A DNA stretch of 32,000 nucleotides, from positions 2,790,001 to 2,822,000 of the forward strand of contig NZ_CP011034.1 in NCBI RefSeq assembly GCF_001465295.1, in the 5' to 3' direction. The stretch's first letter is position 1. Each line of letters starts with the position of its first letter. Source of the DNA: Pseudoalteromonas translucida KMM 520. GTDB taxonomy: Bacteria > Pseudomonadota > Gammaproteobacteria > Enterobacterales > Alteromonadaceae. Shown in pieces: positions 18,268 through 27,845 of the stretch. Below the pieces are notes generated by a model. The model ran no database searches. It was not told the origin of the DNA and saw only the letters and a list, made by a program, of their open reading frames with translations. Both the position numbers and the translations under genes were made by a program.

Positions 18268-21159
18268 TTAATCGCGGTATGTCTCAACCGGTGGGCAAGC
18301 ACACACTAAGTTGCGGTCGCCGTATACGTCGTCAATACGTGTTACGGTTGGCCAAAACTTGTTTTTAGCCACTGCAGGCACTGGGAATGCAGCGTAAAAA
18401 CGGTCGTATGCACGATCCCATTCGTTACCTAACACGTCGCCTTGGGTGTGCGGTGCAAACACTAACGGGTTGTTTTCGATTGACCATTCGCCAGAGATTA
18501 CTTTGTCGATTTCGCTCTTAATTGACACCATTGCTTCAATGAAGCGGTCGATCTCAACCTTAGACTCAGACTCGGTAGGCTCTATCATTAACGTGCCCGC
18601 TACTGGGAACGACATAGTAGGTGAATGGAAGCCGTAGTCTTGTAGGCGTTTAGCTACGTCCATTTCAGTAATGCCCGACAACTCTTTAAGCGGACGCAAG
18701 TCAACAATACATTCGTGCGCAACGCGGTTGTTACGGCCACGGTATAAAATTGGGAAGTGCTTGCTTAGCTCATGCGTTAAGTAGTTAGCATTTACAATTG
18801 CCATTTCAGTGGCTTGTTTTAAGCCCTCTGAGCCCATCATGGTAATGTAAGCCCACGAAATAGGTAAAATAGACGCTGAACCATATGGCGCTGCCGATAC
18901 CGCTCCGTTACCTTCGTTAGTACCTGGTACGTTAATAATGCTGTGGTTAGGCATAAATGGCGCAAGGTGCGATTTAACACCAATTGGGCCAACACCTGGG
19001 CCACCGCCACCGTGTGGAATACAAAAGGTTTTATGCAAGTTTAAGTGCGATACGTCTGAGCCAATAAAGCCTGGGCTAGTTACGCCAACTTGCGCGTTCA
19101 TGTTTGCGCCGTCCATGTAAACTTGGCCGCCGTGCTGATGAATAATGTCGCAAATTTCACGAATTGTTTCTTCGTATACGCCGTGTGTAGATGGGTAAGT
19201 GATCATAATACACGATAAGTTTTCGGCTACTGCTTCTGCTTTCGCTTTAAGATCGGCCATGTCTACGTTACCGTTTTTATCACAATCAACAACCACAATT
19301 TTCATGCTGGCCATTTGTGCCGACGCTGGGTTAGTACCATGCGCTGAACTTGGAATTAAACATACGTTACGGTGTGCATCCCCGCGTGACTCGTGGTATT
19401 TACGAATGGCGATTAAGCCTGCGTATTCACCTTGAGCACCTGAGTTAGGTTGCAATGAAACCGCATCGTAACCGGTAATATTTACCAACCAATCATGCAG
19501 TTCGCCCATCATAATTTGATAGCCCTGTGCTTGATCTAGCGGACAAAATGGGTGCAAGTTTGAAAATTCAGGCCAAGTAATTGGGATCATCTCAGCGGTC
19601 GCGTTTAGTTTCATGGTACATGAACCTAACGAGATCATTGAGTGGTTAAGCGCTAAATCTTTGTTTTCTAGGCGCTTAATATAACGCAGCATTTCAGTTT
19701 CGCTGTGGTACGAATTAAAGTTAGGGTGCGTTAATACTTCATCATCACGCTCTAAGCTTGCTGGAATTGACGTGCTGCCATTGTTTTCAATATCGGCTGC
19801 AATTGCATCAACACTTAGGCCATGGCCTTCGCCTAATACAATATCAAATAACTGCGCTACGTCTGCACGTGTGGTGGTTTCTGATACGGCAATTGAGTAT
19901 TCGCCATCGCGGTTAGTGGCAAAGTTAACACCGCTTGCCAGTGCACGCGCAATAACGTCGGCTTTGCTATCGCTTACTACCGTTAGGGTATCAAACCAAG
20001 TGTTGTGTTTAAGGCTCACGCCTTTAGCTTGTAAGCCTGCTGCTAAAATATCGGCAAAGCGATGAATGCGCTGAGCAATGGTTTTTAAGCCTTGTGGGCC
20101 ATGGTACACAGCGTAAAACGCTGCCATGTTGGCCAGTAATACTTGCGCGGTACAAATGTTTGAGTTGGCTTTGTCGCGGCGAATGTGTTGCTCACGCGTT
20201 TGCATTGCCATACGCAGTGCGTCGTTACCTAAACGGTCTTTAGATACACCAATAATACGACCTGGTAATGAACGTTTGTACGCGTCACGTGTTGCAAAAA
20301 ATGCAGCATGTGGGCCACCGTAACCCATAGGTACACCAAAACGCTGCGCCGAACCTAATACTACGTCTGCGCCTAATTTACCCGGTGCTTTTAATAGTAA
20401 TAAACTCATAATGTCGGCAGCAACACAAGCAATTGCCTTTTTGCTTTGTACGCCAGCAATTAGGTCGGTAATGTCTACCACTTCACCAGTTGTTGATGGG
20501 TATTGAAATAACGCGCCAAAAATCTCATGGTTAACAGCGTCGGCAGCTTTGCCTACAATTATTTCAAAACCAAACTGCTCGGCGCGAGTGCTTACTACGT
20601 CAATTGTTTGTGTGTGTACGTCGTCGGCAATAAAAAATGCATTGGCTTTTTTCGCTTTAGACACACGCTTTGCAAGACCCATAGCCTCTGCAGCAGCGGT
20701 TGATTCGTCAAGTAACGATGCACTTGCTAAATCTAGGCCGGTTAAATCTAGGGTCATAGTTTGAAAGTTAAGTAACGACTCTAAACGCCCTTGCGCTATC
20801 TCTGGCTGATATGGAGTGTACGCAGTATACCAACCTGGGTTTTCTAGTACATTACGTAAAATTACGTGCGGTACATGTGTTGGGTGGTAGCCTTGGCCAA
20901 TATACGATTTGAAAACTTTATTTTTGCTTGCTACTGATTTTAAGTAGCTTAGTGTTTCAACTTCGGTGCGGCTTTCGCCCACGGTTAAAGGCTGCTCAAG
21001 GCGAATACCTGCAGGTACAGTTTGACCGATCAGCTCTTCAACACTCGATACTTCAAGCGCGCTAAGCATATCGCTTACTTGCGCTGGGCTTGGCCCAATA
21101 TGGCGGCGAATAAAATCTTGCGTTTGCTCTAACTGCTCAAGAGATTTGGCGTTTGACAT
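18268..21159 (-). CDS. gcvP: Glycine dehydrogenase (decarboxylating), glycine cleavage system P protein
   Basis: 963 aa, the single-chain P-protein length. Hallmark segments include [19 protein letters not shown], and the PLP-lysine context [18 protein letters not shown]. Confidence 0.95.
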   Translation of the reverse strand: MSNAKSLEQLEQTQDFIRRHIGPSPAQVSDMLSALEVSSVEELIGQTVPAGIRLEQPLTVGESRTEVETLSYLKSVASKNKVFKSYIGQGYHPTHVPHVILRNVLENPGWYTAYTPYQPEIAQGRLESLLNFQTMTLDLTGLDLASASLLDESTAAAEAMGLAKRVSKAKKANAFFIADDVHTQTIDVVSTRAEQFGFEIIVGKAADAVNHEIFGALFQYPSTTGEVVDITDLIAGVQSKKAIACVAADIMSLLLLKAPGKLGADVVLGSAQRFGVPMGYGGPHAAFFATRDAYKRSLPGRIIGVSKDRLGNDALRMAMQTREQHIRRDKANSNICTAQVLLANMAAFYAVYHGPQGLKTIAQRIHRFADILAAGLQAKGVSLKHNTWFDTLTVVSDSKADVIARALASGVNFATNRDGEYSIAVSETTTRADVAQLFDIVLGEGHGLSVDAIAADIENNGSTSIPASLERDDEVLTHPNFNSYHSETEMLRYIKRLENKDLALNHSMISLGSCTMKLNATAEMIPITWPEFSNLHPFCPLDQAQGYQIMMGELHDWLVNITGYDAVSLQPNSGAQGEYAGLIAIRKYHESRGDAHRNVCLIPSSAHGTNPASAQMASMKIVVVDCDKNGNVDMADLKAKAEAVAENLSCIMITYPSTHGVYEETIREICDIIHQHGGQVYMDGANMNAQVGVTSPGFIGSDVSHLNLHKTFCIPHGGGGPGVGPIGVKSHLAPFMPNHSIINVPGTNEGNGAVSAAPYGSASILPISWAYITMMGSEGLKQATEMAIVNANYLTHELSKHFPILYRGRNNRVAHECIVDLRPLKELSGITEMDVAKRLQDYGFHSPTMSFPVAGTLMIEPTESESKVEIDRFIEAMVSIKSEIDKVISGEWSIENNPLVFAPHTQGDVLGNEWDRAYDRFYAAFPVPAVAKNKFWPTVTRIDDVYGDRNLVCACPPVETYRD

Positions 21160-21277
21160 GTGTCCAGATTCCTATGATCCAAAAAATGTGATTATTACTA
21201 ATGGGTAACCAGCAATAACTTAAAATTAATATGATTTAATAACTTACAGTGTATGGAAAGGTAAGCAGCAAAATCAT

Positions 21278-21310
21278 AAAAGCCCCAATGTTTTAAATAA
21301 TGGGGCTTTT
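21278..21310 (-). terminator. Intercistronic hairpin (possible attenuator or RNA-stabilising stem) between gcvH and gcvP
   Basis: aaaagcccca / tggggctttt form a perfect 10-bp stem with a 13-nt loop. It lies inside the 164-bp gcvH-gcvP spacer. Confidence 0.4.
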
Positions 21311-21323
21311 TACTCACTAAAGA

Positions 21324-21713
21324 TTAATCTTCGTCAATAGTGTTTGCGTAGTCTTCTGCATTTAGTAGGTTTTCAAGCTCAGACTCGTCTGATGCTTTAA
21401 TGCGAAATAACCAGCCGTCACCAAACGCGTCAGTGTTAACTGTTTCTGGTGCGTCTTCTAGCTCTTCGTTAATTGCAACAATTTCGCCACCAATTGGTGC
21501 GTAAATGTCTGATGCTGCTTTTACCGATTCTGCTACTGCACACTCTTCGCCTGCATCTACTTCGTCGCCTACTTCTGGAAGTTCTACGAATACCATGTCG
21601 CCAAGTAACTCTTGTGCATGTTCAGTAATACCAACAGTAAACGTACCGTCACCTTCGTTGCGAACCCACTCGTGTGAAGAGGCATACTTTAACTCGCTAG
21701 GGATATTGCTCAT
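21324..21713 (-). CDS. gcvH: Glycine cleavage system H protein (lipoyl carrier)
   Basis: 129 aa. Contains YASSHEWV... and the lipoyl-lysine context [13 protein letters not shown]. Confidence 0.95.
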   Translation of the reverse strand: MSNIPSELKYASSHEWVRNEGDGTFTVGITEHAQELLGDMVFVELPEVGDEVDAGEECAVAESVKAASDIYAPIGGEIVAINEELEDAPETVNTDAFGDGWLFRIKASDESELENLLNAEDYANTIDED

Positions 21714-21772
21714 TTTGTTTTGTCCTTTGGTTTATATTGGGTGATAGCACCAAAATTAAATTTATTTATACT

Positions 21773-22855
21773 TTAAAGTATTGATTTACCGTTACGTACG
21801 AAGCCAGGCTTTACTACTTTTACGGTAACTAATTTTTTACGCATTTCTACCTGAGCGGTGTCGCCCGTTGAACGTGGTACACGTGCAAGCGCTACACTGT
21901 AACCCAGTGTTGGTGAAAAAGTGCCAGAAGTAATAACACCTTCGCCACCATCAACAATTACTTTAGAGCCACTGCGCAAGATACCTTTTTCTTCTAACAC
22001 TAGGCCTACTTGTTTATCAGTGCTTTGGTCGGCGCGTTGTTGTACTAGTACATCACGACCAATAAAGTCACGGCTTTGTGGTTCCCATGCAATAGTCCAA
22101 GCCATGTTAGCCGCTAGTGGCGAAACACTTTCGTCCATATCTAGGCCATAAAGGTTCATGCCTGCTTCTAAACGTAGCGTGTCGCGTGCGCCTAAACCTG
22201 CTGGTGCAACTCCTGCGTCTAACAGTTGTTGCCATAAATCGGCAGCCTGCTCTTTTGGCACTACAATTTCGTAACCGTCTTCGCCAGTATAACCCGTTGT
22301 GGCAATAAATAAATCACCTGTTTGCACACCAAAAAACGGTTTCATACCCTCTATTGCTGCATTTTGCTCAGCAGTTAATAATGTGGCAGTTTTAGCTTTA
22401 GCGTTAGGGCCTTGCACTGCAATCATGCCAAATTCGTTACGCTCTGTAACGGTAACAGCAAAATCGGCTGATATTTTAGCAAGGTGAGCTAAGTCTTTTT
22501 CGCGAGTTGCTGAATTAACAACTAGGCGGTAAGAGGTGTCACTGAAAAAATAAATTATTAAGTCGTCAATTACGCCGCCTTGCTCATTTAGCATTGGGGT
22601 ATATAACGCTTTACCAGGTACGGTAAGTTTAGCAACATCGTTTGCTACTAGTTTTTGTAAAAATGCTTGTGCTTGCTCGCCTTGTATATCAACAATGGTC
22701 ATGTGCGACACGTCAAACATACCGGCATCATTGCGTACTGCATTGTGCTCTTCTATTTGCGAGCCATAGTTAATAGGCATTTCCCAGCCATGAAAATCAA
22801 CCATTTTAGCGCCCGCTTCAAGGTGCTTAGCATAAAGTACTGTTTTAGAAGTCAT
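21773..22855 (-). CDS. gcvT: Aminomethyltransferase, glycine cleavage system T protein
   Basis: 360 aa. Contains [46 protein letters not shown]. First gene of a gcvT-H-P arrangement. Confidence 0.95.
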   Translation of the reverse strand: MTSKTVLYAKHLEAGAKMVDFHGWEMPINYGSQIEEHNAVRNDAGMFDVSHMTIVDIQGEQAQAFLQKLVANDVAKLTVPGKALYTPMLNEQGGVIDDLIIYFFSDTSYRLVVNSATREKDLAHLAKISADFAVTVTERNEFGMIAVQGPNAKAKTATLLTAEQNAAIEGMKPFFGVQTGDLFIATTGYTGEDGYEIVVPKEQAADLWQQLLDAGVAPAGLGARDTLRLEAGMNLYGLDMDESVSPLAANMAWTIAWEPQSRDFIGRDVLVQQRADQSTDKQVGLVLEEKGILRSGSKVIVDGGEGVITSGTFSPTLGYSVALARVPRSTGDTAQVEMRKKLVTVKVVKPGFVRNGKSIL

Positions 22856-23012
22856 GATATTCCTTCACTTTTAAATTAACCCAGTTATTTGGGCGTGGCC
22901 TCAATTTAATGAGGGGGAATAATATGGCTTGCGTTTAACGCCTGCCAAATTGTAATTAAACACAGCCAAATATTAATACTAAGCTGTGAGCACCCAAGTT
23001 AGGGTGAATATT

Positions 23013-23612
23013 TTACGCTGCGGCGCCTTGAATAAGGGCAAAGCCTTGGGCTTGCATATACTCTTGCCACTTTTGCAGCTCAGGGGTTTTAGCCACCAGC
23101 ACAAATTGTTGCTGGTCGTTTTTATTTATGGCTGTGATAAATACGTCACCGCTTTGCGTACCGTAACATAATTGCGCATCTGAAAGACGTAAACCCGGCG
23201 TTAATTTAAAGGCTTCTACAATTGAGTCAAAGGCATTACTGCCGCTTAAAATAAAGCTTGCTAGGTCGGTACGCATAACATAATCAATGTCATAACGCAG
23301 TTGTTGCTCGTTTATAAGTGCTTGTAATTGCTGGCTGGCGCAGTGCGGTAATATAAATCTAAAGGCGGTTTCGCTAAAGCAGTAAACGGCATAACTATAA
23401 TCAGAGTTAAAGTCGCCATCAAGGGTGCCAATTAAGCCCAAGCCACTGGCCGTTAATTTAGTTAAATCGTGGCCTAGTATATTACTTAAAAATACCGATG
23501 CTTCGGTGCCGCTAAAGTCTATTACAACGTGGTTGTTGCTGGCCTGCAAAGAATTAATAACCGCGCTGTTAGCTTTGCTATGGCGGGCAAACATAATGGG
23601 GCTAAAAGTCAT
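23013..23612 (-). CDS. Hypothetical protein
   Basis: About 200-aa ORF upstream of gcvT and divergent from a LysR gene. The ATG at 23612 is preferred over the GTG at 23621. I cannot assign a family. Confidence 0.5.
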   Translation of the reverse strand: MTFSPIMFARHSKANSAVINSLQASNNHVVIDFSGTEASVFLSNILGHDLTKLTASGLGLIGTLDGDFNSDYSYAVYCFSETAFRFILPHCASQQLQALINEQQLRYDIDYVMRTDLASFILSGSNAFDSIVEAFKLTPGLRLSDAQLCYGTQSGDVFITAINKNDQQQFVLVAKTPELQKWQEYMQAQGFALIQGAAA

Positions 23613-23739
23613 AACAAACACCTATCAAACTTATAATATCAAAAGTATATTGCTCCCGCTGTACAACAACAAATTGTAATTATTAATCAATTGATAAATA
23701 ATGCTTATATATATGGCGATATTAATTGTGATTTTAAAT

Positions 23740-24585
23740 ATGAAAAACATTTCAACAGATAGTTTACGCACTTTTGTAATGGTAGTAGAGGCCAGCGGTT
23801 TTGCTAAAGCCGGCGATTTACTTGGCTTATCGCAACCTGCGGTTAGCCTTCAAATAAAGCGCTTAGAAGATTTGCTTGGTTATAAATTATTTAAAAAACA
23901 AGGCCAACGCCAAGTGCTTAATCAATATGGCGAACTATTATTGCCAATGGCTAAACAAATGATGCAACACAACGATGCCATTTTGCAGCTATTTACCTCA
24001 GAAAGTATTACCGGCCGAGTTCGTTTGGGTATTCCAAGCGAATTTGCAGCGCGTATTCTGCCCTCTATTATTGGCGACTTTGTAGCTTTATATCCTGAGG
24101 TATCGCTGGAAGTTAAATCGCGTTTAAGTAAGCATTTATTATCGCAAGAACGCCAAGATCAGTTTGATTTAGTACTGGCACTCAACGAGCAGCTCGACTC
24201 GGAGCAATTTCCTATTTTTAAGCAAGATCAGCTGGTATGGGTGGGCGACTTGTCGCTAGCACAAAACGACACTGTTACTTTGGTCACCGCTCCCGAGGGG
24301 TGTATTTACAGACGCCGAGCTATTGAGGCGCTAGAAAGGTCGGGAATAAAGTATCGTATTGTGTATAGCAACGCCGATTTAACCGGGCTTATTGCTGCGC
24401 TAAAAGAAGGCTTAGGCATTACAGTGCTAGCTAAAAGCACTGTACCTAACGAGCTAAATTATCAACTTAAAACCAAATTTTTACCATCCTTGGGTGATAT
24501 TGGCATTAGCTTAGTAAAAACGGCCAGTGAGCCAGAAAACGCCGTTTTTAAATTGGCCGAATTTATTAAGCTTCGCTTAGGCTAA
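23740..24585 (+). CDS. LysR-family transcriptional regulator
   Basis: LRTFVMVVEASGFAKAGDLLGLSQPAVSLQIKRLEDLLGYKLF is a wHTH. The ATG at 23740 is preferred over the tracked 23701 start, which would add a hydrophobic leader. Confidence 0.85.
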   Translation: MKNISTDSLRTFVMVVEASGFAKAGDLLGLSQPAVSLQIKRLEDLLGYKLFKKQGQRQVLNQYGELLLPMAKQMMQHNDAILQLFTSESITGRVRLGIPSEFAARILPSIIGDFVALYPEVSLEVKSRLSKHLLSQERQDQFDLVLALNEQLDSEQFPIFKQDQLVWVGDLSLAQNDTVTLVTAPEGCIYRRRAIEALERSGIKYRIVYSNADLTGLIAALKEGLGITVLAKSTVPNELNYQLKTKFLPSLGDIGISLVKTASEPENAVFKLAEFIKLRLG

Positions 24586-24758
24586 CCTGCTTTATATACA
24601 TACTAGCTAACAAACCTTCATATATTAAAAGTTATATATATAAAGATTTTTAGTTATAAAAACTTACATACGCAAACTCTGAATAACATTGATTCTCATT
24701 CGTTAACGTGTTTAAATTGCGCCAATTTAGTTAATTGACCCAATTTAGGATAGTCTCA

Positions 24759-26915
24759 ATGGCACATAAGTTTTTAGTATCTACCCTTGCAACTGCGGTT
24801 GCCTTGTCTATTAGTGCAACTGCAATGGCAAAAGATATGGGTAAGGTAGAGCGTAACTTTGAACAAATTACAGTTATAGGCTCACAACAAGCTATTAACG
24901 ATATTCCGGGCTCTGCAGCGTTTATTTCGGATGCTGAGCTGCAAAAGTTTGAATTTACCGACATTTCTCGTGTTTTAGCCTCTGTACCGGGTGTTTACGT
25001 ACAAGAAGAAGATGGCTACGGCCTGCGCCCTAATATAGGTATGCGCGGAACTGGCACTGGTCGTAACGACAAAATATCAGTAATGGAAGATGGTGTACTT
25101 GTAGCACCTGCGCCTTACTCGGCTCCTTCGGCTTATTACTTCCCTACTATGGGGCGTATGGAGTCTATTGAAGTATTAAAAGGTGCTGCATCGGTTAAAT
25201 ATGGCCCACGTACCACAGGTGGTGTTTTAAACTTACTATCGCGCAGCTTACCAACCGAGCCTAATAGCTCAACAGGCATGCTTGATGCTGCCCTAGGTAG
25301 CGATGGCTACTATAAAGGCCATGCTTATTTTGCCAAAGAAAAAAACAATACCGCGGGTTTAATTGAAGTATTTACCTACGGCGCAGATGGATTTAAAGAC
25401 CTGCCAGTTGGCGATGACAACACTGGCTTTGAAAAAACTGACTTACTATTAAAGTTAGGCCATACATTTGGTAAAAATGACGCGCATAACCTTGAGCTAA
25501 AAATTAAGTATTCAGACGAAACATCAGACGAAACTTACATGGGCTTAACCGATGCCGATTACCAAGCAACGCCATACCGTCGTTATGCGGCATCGCAAAA
25601 TGATGAAATGAATACCCGTCACAATGCTTATCAACTTAACTATGCATATCGCTTTGGTGCCGGTTACGAACTACTTGCTACGGCATATTTAAACGACTTT
25701 CATCGTAACTGGTATAAAGCCAGTAAAGTAAGCGAAAGCTACCTTGAGCAATACAGTGAATTTGAAGCCAACCCTACTGCACAAGGTATTGAAGGCATTG
25801 CTATAAAAGCAAATAACCGCGACTACCAAGCTAAAGGGATTCAGTCTGAGCTACATATTCCTGCTGGCAATCACTATATAACTTTAGGTATGCGTTACCA
25901 TGAAGACGAAATGGATCGCTTTCAGTGGCAAGACAAGTACACGCTTAATCAAGATTTAAGCATGACACTAACAGAGCGCGGAGTTCCGGGTTCAGACAGT
26001 AACCGCGTAGATAGTGCCACTGCACGTACTTTATTTATTCAAGACGAATGGACGCTAGATGCATTAGTGATCAGTGCTGGCCTGCGCTTCGAAGACATTA
26101 CGATTACCCGTGAAGAGTGGGCAAAGTCGGATCCTACACGTAGCAATGGTTTAACTAAAAGTGTGTCGAACGACACCGAAATTTTAGTGCCATCACTCGG
26201 TGCAACTTACACAGTAAACGACAACATCACTCTACTTGCTGGTATTCAACAAGGTTATGCACCAGCCGCGCCGGGTAATGCCGACCAAGAAGAAGAAAAA
26301 AGTGTAAATATTGAGTTTGGTTCACGCTATAACGTAAGCGGTATTAATGGTGAAATTATTGCGTTTTATTCTGATTACGACAACATGCACGGTAATTGTA
26401 CTGCCGCTGTAGGGTGTAGCGATGAGAACATTGGCGATCAATATAACTATGGTGAAGTAGCTGTTTCTGGCGTTGAATTTAGTGCAGGCCATACTTTTAA
26501 CGCAGATACTGTGATGTTCCCGGTTAAGCTAACTTACACCTACACAGATTCTGAATTTAAAAACACTTTTGATTCAGAAATTTGGGGCACAGTAGAAAAA
26601 GGTGACGCTATGCCTTACGTACCAAAAAACCAAGTAGCACTCTCTATGGGTGCAGAATTATCAGCGTTTGTTGTACACAGCCAACTGCGCTATGTATCTG
26701 ACTCACATGCTGATTTAACTGACTCTGGCTTAAATGCGATTAATAGCCGTGTAGTATGGGATTTAGCCGCTAAATACCGCATCGACGACAATCAAAAAGT
26801 ATACTTAAGCGTTGATAACCTGTTTGATAAAACCTACATTGCTAATCGTGCTAATGGCGGTATTCAACCAGGTAAGCCTCGTACCCTACAGTTGGGCTAC
26901 AGCTACTCATTCTAG
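24759..26915 (+). CDS. TonB-dependent outer-membrane receptor
   Basis: Signal peptide MAHKFLVSTLATAVALSISATAMA. Plug-domain motifs IEVLKGAASVKYGPRTTGGVLNL. A long beta-barrel ending in the aromatic C-terminal ...GYSYSF. AGGA Shine-Dalgarno 8 nt before the ATG at 24759. Confidence 0.9.
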   Translation: MAHKFLVSTLATAVALSISATAMAKDMGKVERNFEQITVIGSQQAINDIPGSAAFISDAELQKFEFTDISRVLASVPGVYVQEEDGYGLRPNIGMRGTGTGRNDKISVMEDGVLVAPAPYSAPSAYYFPTMGRMESIEVLKGAASVKYGPRTTGGVLNLLSRSLPTEPNSSTGMLDAALGSDGYYKGHAYFAKEKNNTAGLIEVFTYGADGFKDLPVGDDNTGFEKTDLLLKLGHTFGKNDAHNLELKIKYSDETSDETYMGLTDADYQATPYRRYAASQNDEMNTRHNAYQLNYAYRFGAGYELLATAYLNDFHRNWYKASKVSESYLEQYSEFEANPTAQGIEGIAIKANNRDYQAKGIQSELHIPAGNHYITLGMRYHEDEMDRFQWQDKYTLNQDLSMTLTERGVPGSDSNRVDSATARTLFIQDEWTLDALVISAGLRFEDITITREEWAKSDPTRSNGLTKSVSNDTEILVPSLGATYTVNDNITLLAGIQQGYAPAAPGNADQEEEKSVNIEFGSRYNVSGINGEIIAFYSDYDNMHGNCTAAVGCSDENIGDQYNYGEVAVSGVEFSAGHTFNADTVMFPVKLTYTYTDSEFKNTFDSEIWGTVEKGDAMPYVPKNQVALSMGAELSAFVVHSQLRYVSDSHADLTDSGLNAINSRVVWDLAAKYRIDDNQKVYLSVDNLFDKTYIANRANGGIQPGKPRTLQLGYSYSF

Positions 26916-26929
26916 GTTGAAAGCTGGTT

Positions 26930-27010
26930 AAACGGCTCACTAACAGCGTTAATAATTTTTATGTAGAAAGTACTACATATCTAAATTATTGCCTTGTTAT
27001 TGAACCGTTT
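26930..27010. repeat. About 80-bp nested imperfect palindrome
   Basis: The arm aaacggctcactaacagcgttaataattt (26930-26958) pairs with the reverse complement of aaattattgccttgttattgaaccgttt (26983-27010), with about 6 mismatches. The centre contains atgtag...ctacat. Confidence 0.5.
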
Positions 27011-27037
27011 ATAACAATTGCACTAAATTATGAACAC

Positions 27038-27075
27038 AAAAAAACCGAGGTTGAATTTTCAATCTCGGTTTTTTT
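27038..27075. terminator. Bidirectional rho-independent terminator between the receptor gene and rlmB
   Basis: aaaaaaa-ccgaggttga-attt-tcaatctcgg-ttttttt. Confidence 0.7.
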
Positions 27076-27101
27076 ATTGCTTAAACGAGCCTGTTAATAA
27101 C

Positions 27102-27845
27102 TTAGTTATTAACGCTACGTTGGCGTAATACTTCAAACAAACAAATACCAGTGGCTACCGATACGTTTAAGCTTGAAACCGTTCCCGCCATAGGTATTTT
27201 AACTAATAAGTCGCAATGCTCGCGGGTTAAACGGCGCATGCCCTCGCCTTCGGCACCCATAACAATAGCCATTGGCCCTGTTAAGCTGGCATCAAATACG
27301 TGGTTATCTGTTTCGCCTGCAGTGCCTACAACCCAAACGCCAGCGTCTTTAATTTCGCGCAATGTACGTGCAAGGTTAGTAACCTGAATAAGCGGTACTG
27401 TTTCGGCTGCGCCACAGGCAACTTTACGCGCTGTGCCGTTAAGCTTAGCTGAGCGATCTTTAGGTACTATTACAGCATGTACGCCAGCGGCGTCGGCACT
27501 ACGTAAACATGCACCTAAATTATGCGGATCAGTTATGCCATCAAGCACTAACAAAAATGGGGTATCTTCACGCGCAATAATCGCATCAAGATCTTTTTCG
27601 TTAAACGTTGGTGCTGCTTTTACGTTGGCAATAATACCTTGATGCTGCTCGCCTTTTGATTTGCTATCAAGGGCTTTGCGTTGCATGTACTGTACTGAAA
27701 TACCAAATTTAAGTGCTTCATCAATAATCGGGGTTGAGCGTTTATCGTCACGCCCTTTAAGCGCGTAAATTTCTACAAAACGCTCTGGTTCGCTTGCTAA
27801 AATCGCTTCAACAGAATGAAAACCAAAAATTAATTCATTACTCAC
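27102..27845 (-). CDS. rlmB: 23S rRNA (guanosine-2'-O)-methyltransferase RlmB (SpoU/TrmH family)
   Basis: 247 aa. Contains [11 protein letters not shown]... and the SpoU motifs [43 protein letters not shown]. It lies immediately downstream of rnr, with a GTGA overlap. Confidence 0.9.
   Translation of the reverse strand: MSNELIFGFHSVEAILASEPERFVEIYALKGRDDKRSTPIIDEALKFGISVQYMQRKALDSKSKGEQHQGIIANVKAAPTFNEKDLDAIIAREDTPFLLVLDGITDPHNLGACLRSADAAGVHAVIVPKDRSAKLNGTARKVACGAAETVPLIQVTNLARTLREIKDAGVWVVGTAGETDNHVFDASLTGPMAIVMGAEGEGMRRLTREHCDLLVKIPMAGTVSSLNVSVATGICLFEVLRQRSVNN

Noticed and set aside
18446-20764. Six plus-strand ORFs of 60-97 aa inside gcvP.
   Set aside because: They are antisense to a strongly supported conserved gene and have low-complexity Ser/Ala/Cys-rich translations. 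These are typical shadow ORFs.
22856-23012. Possible glycine riboswitch in the gcvT leader.
   Set aside because: Reading the minus strand, I see none of the conserved glycine-riboswitch core segments (GGAGAG..., CACCG..., CTCAGGCAA-like). The leader is short and AT-rich.
21505-23679. Plus-strand ORFs overlapping gcvH, gcvT and the 23013-23612 gene.
   Set aside because: They are shadow ORFs opposite conserved genes, with no start context.
24675-24705. Possible Fur box (gaataacattgattctcattc) upstream of the TonB-dependent receptor gene.
   Set aside because: The best alignment to GATAATGATAATCATTATC matches only about 10 of 19 positions. That is not enough to call without a matrix score.
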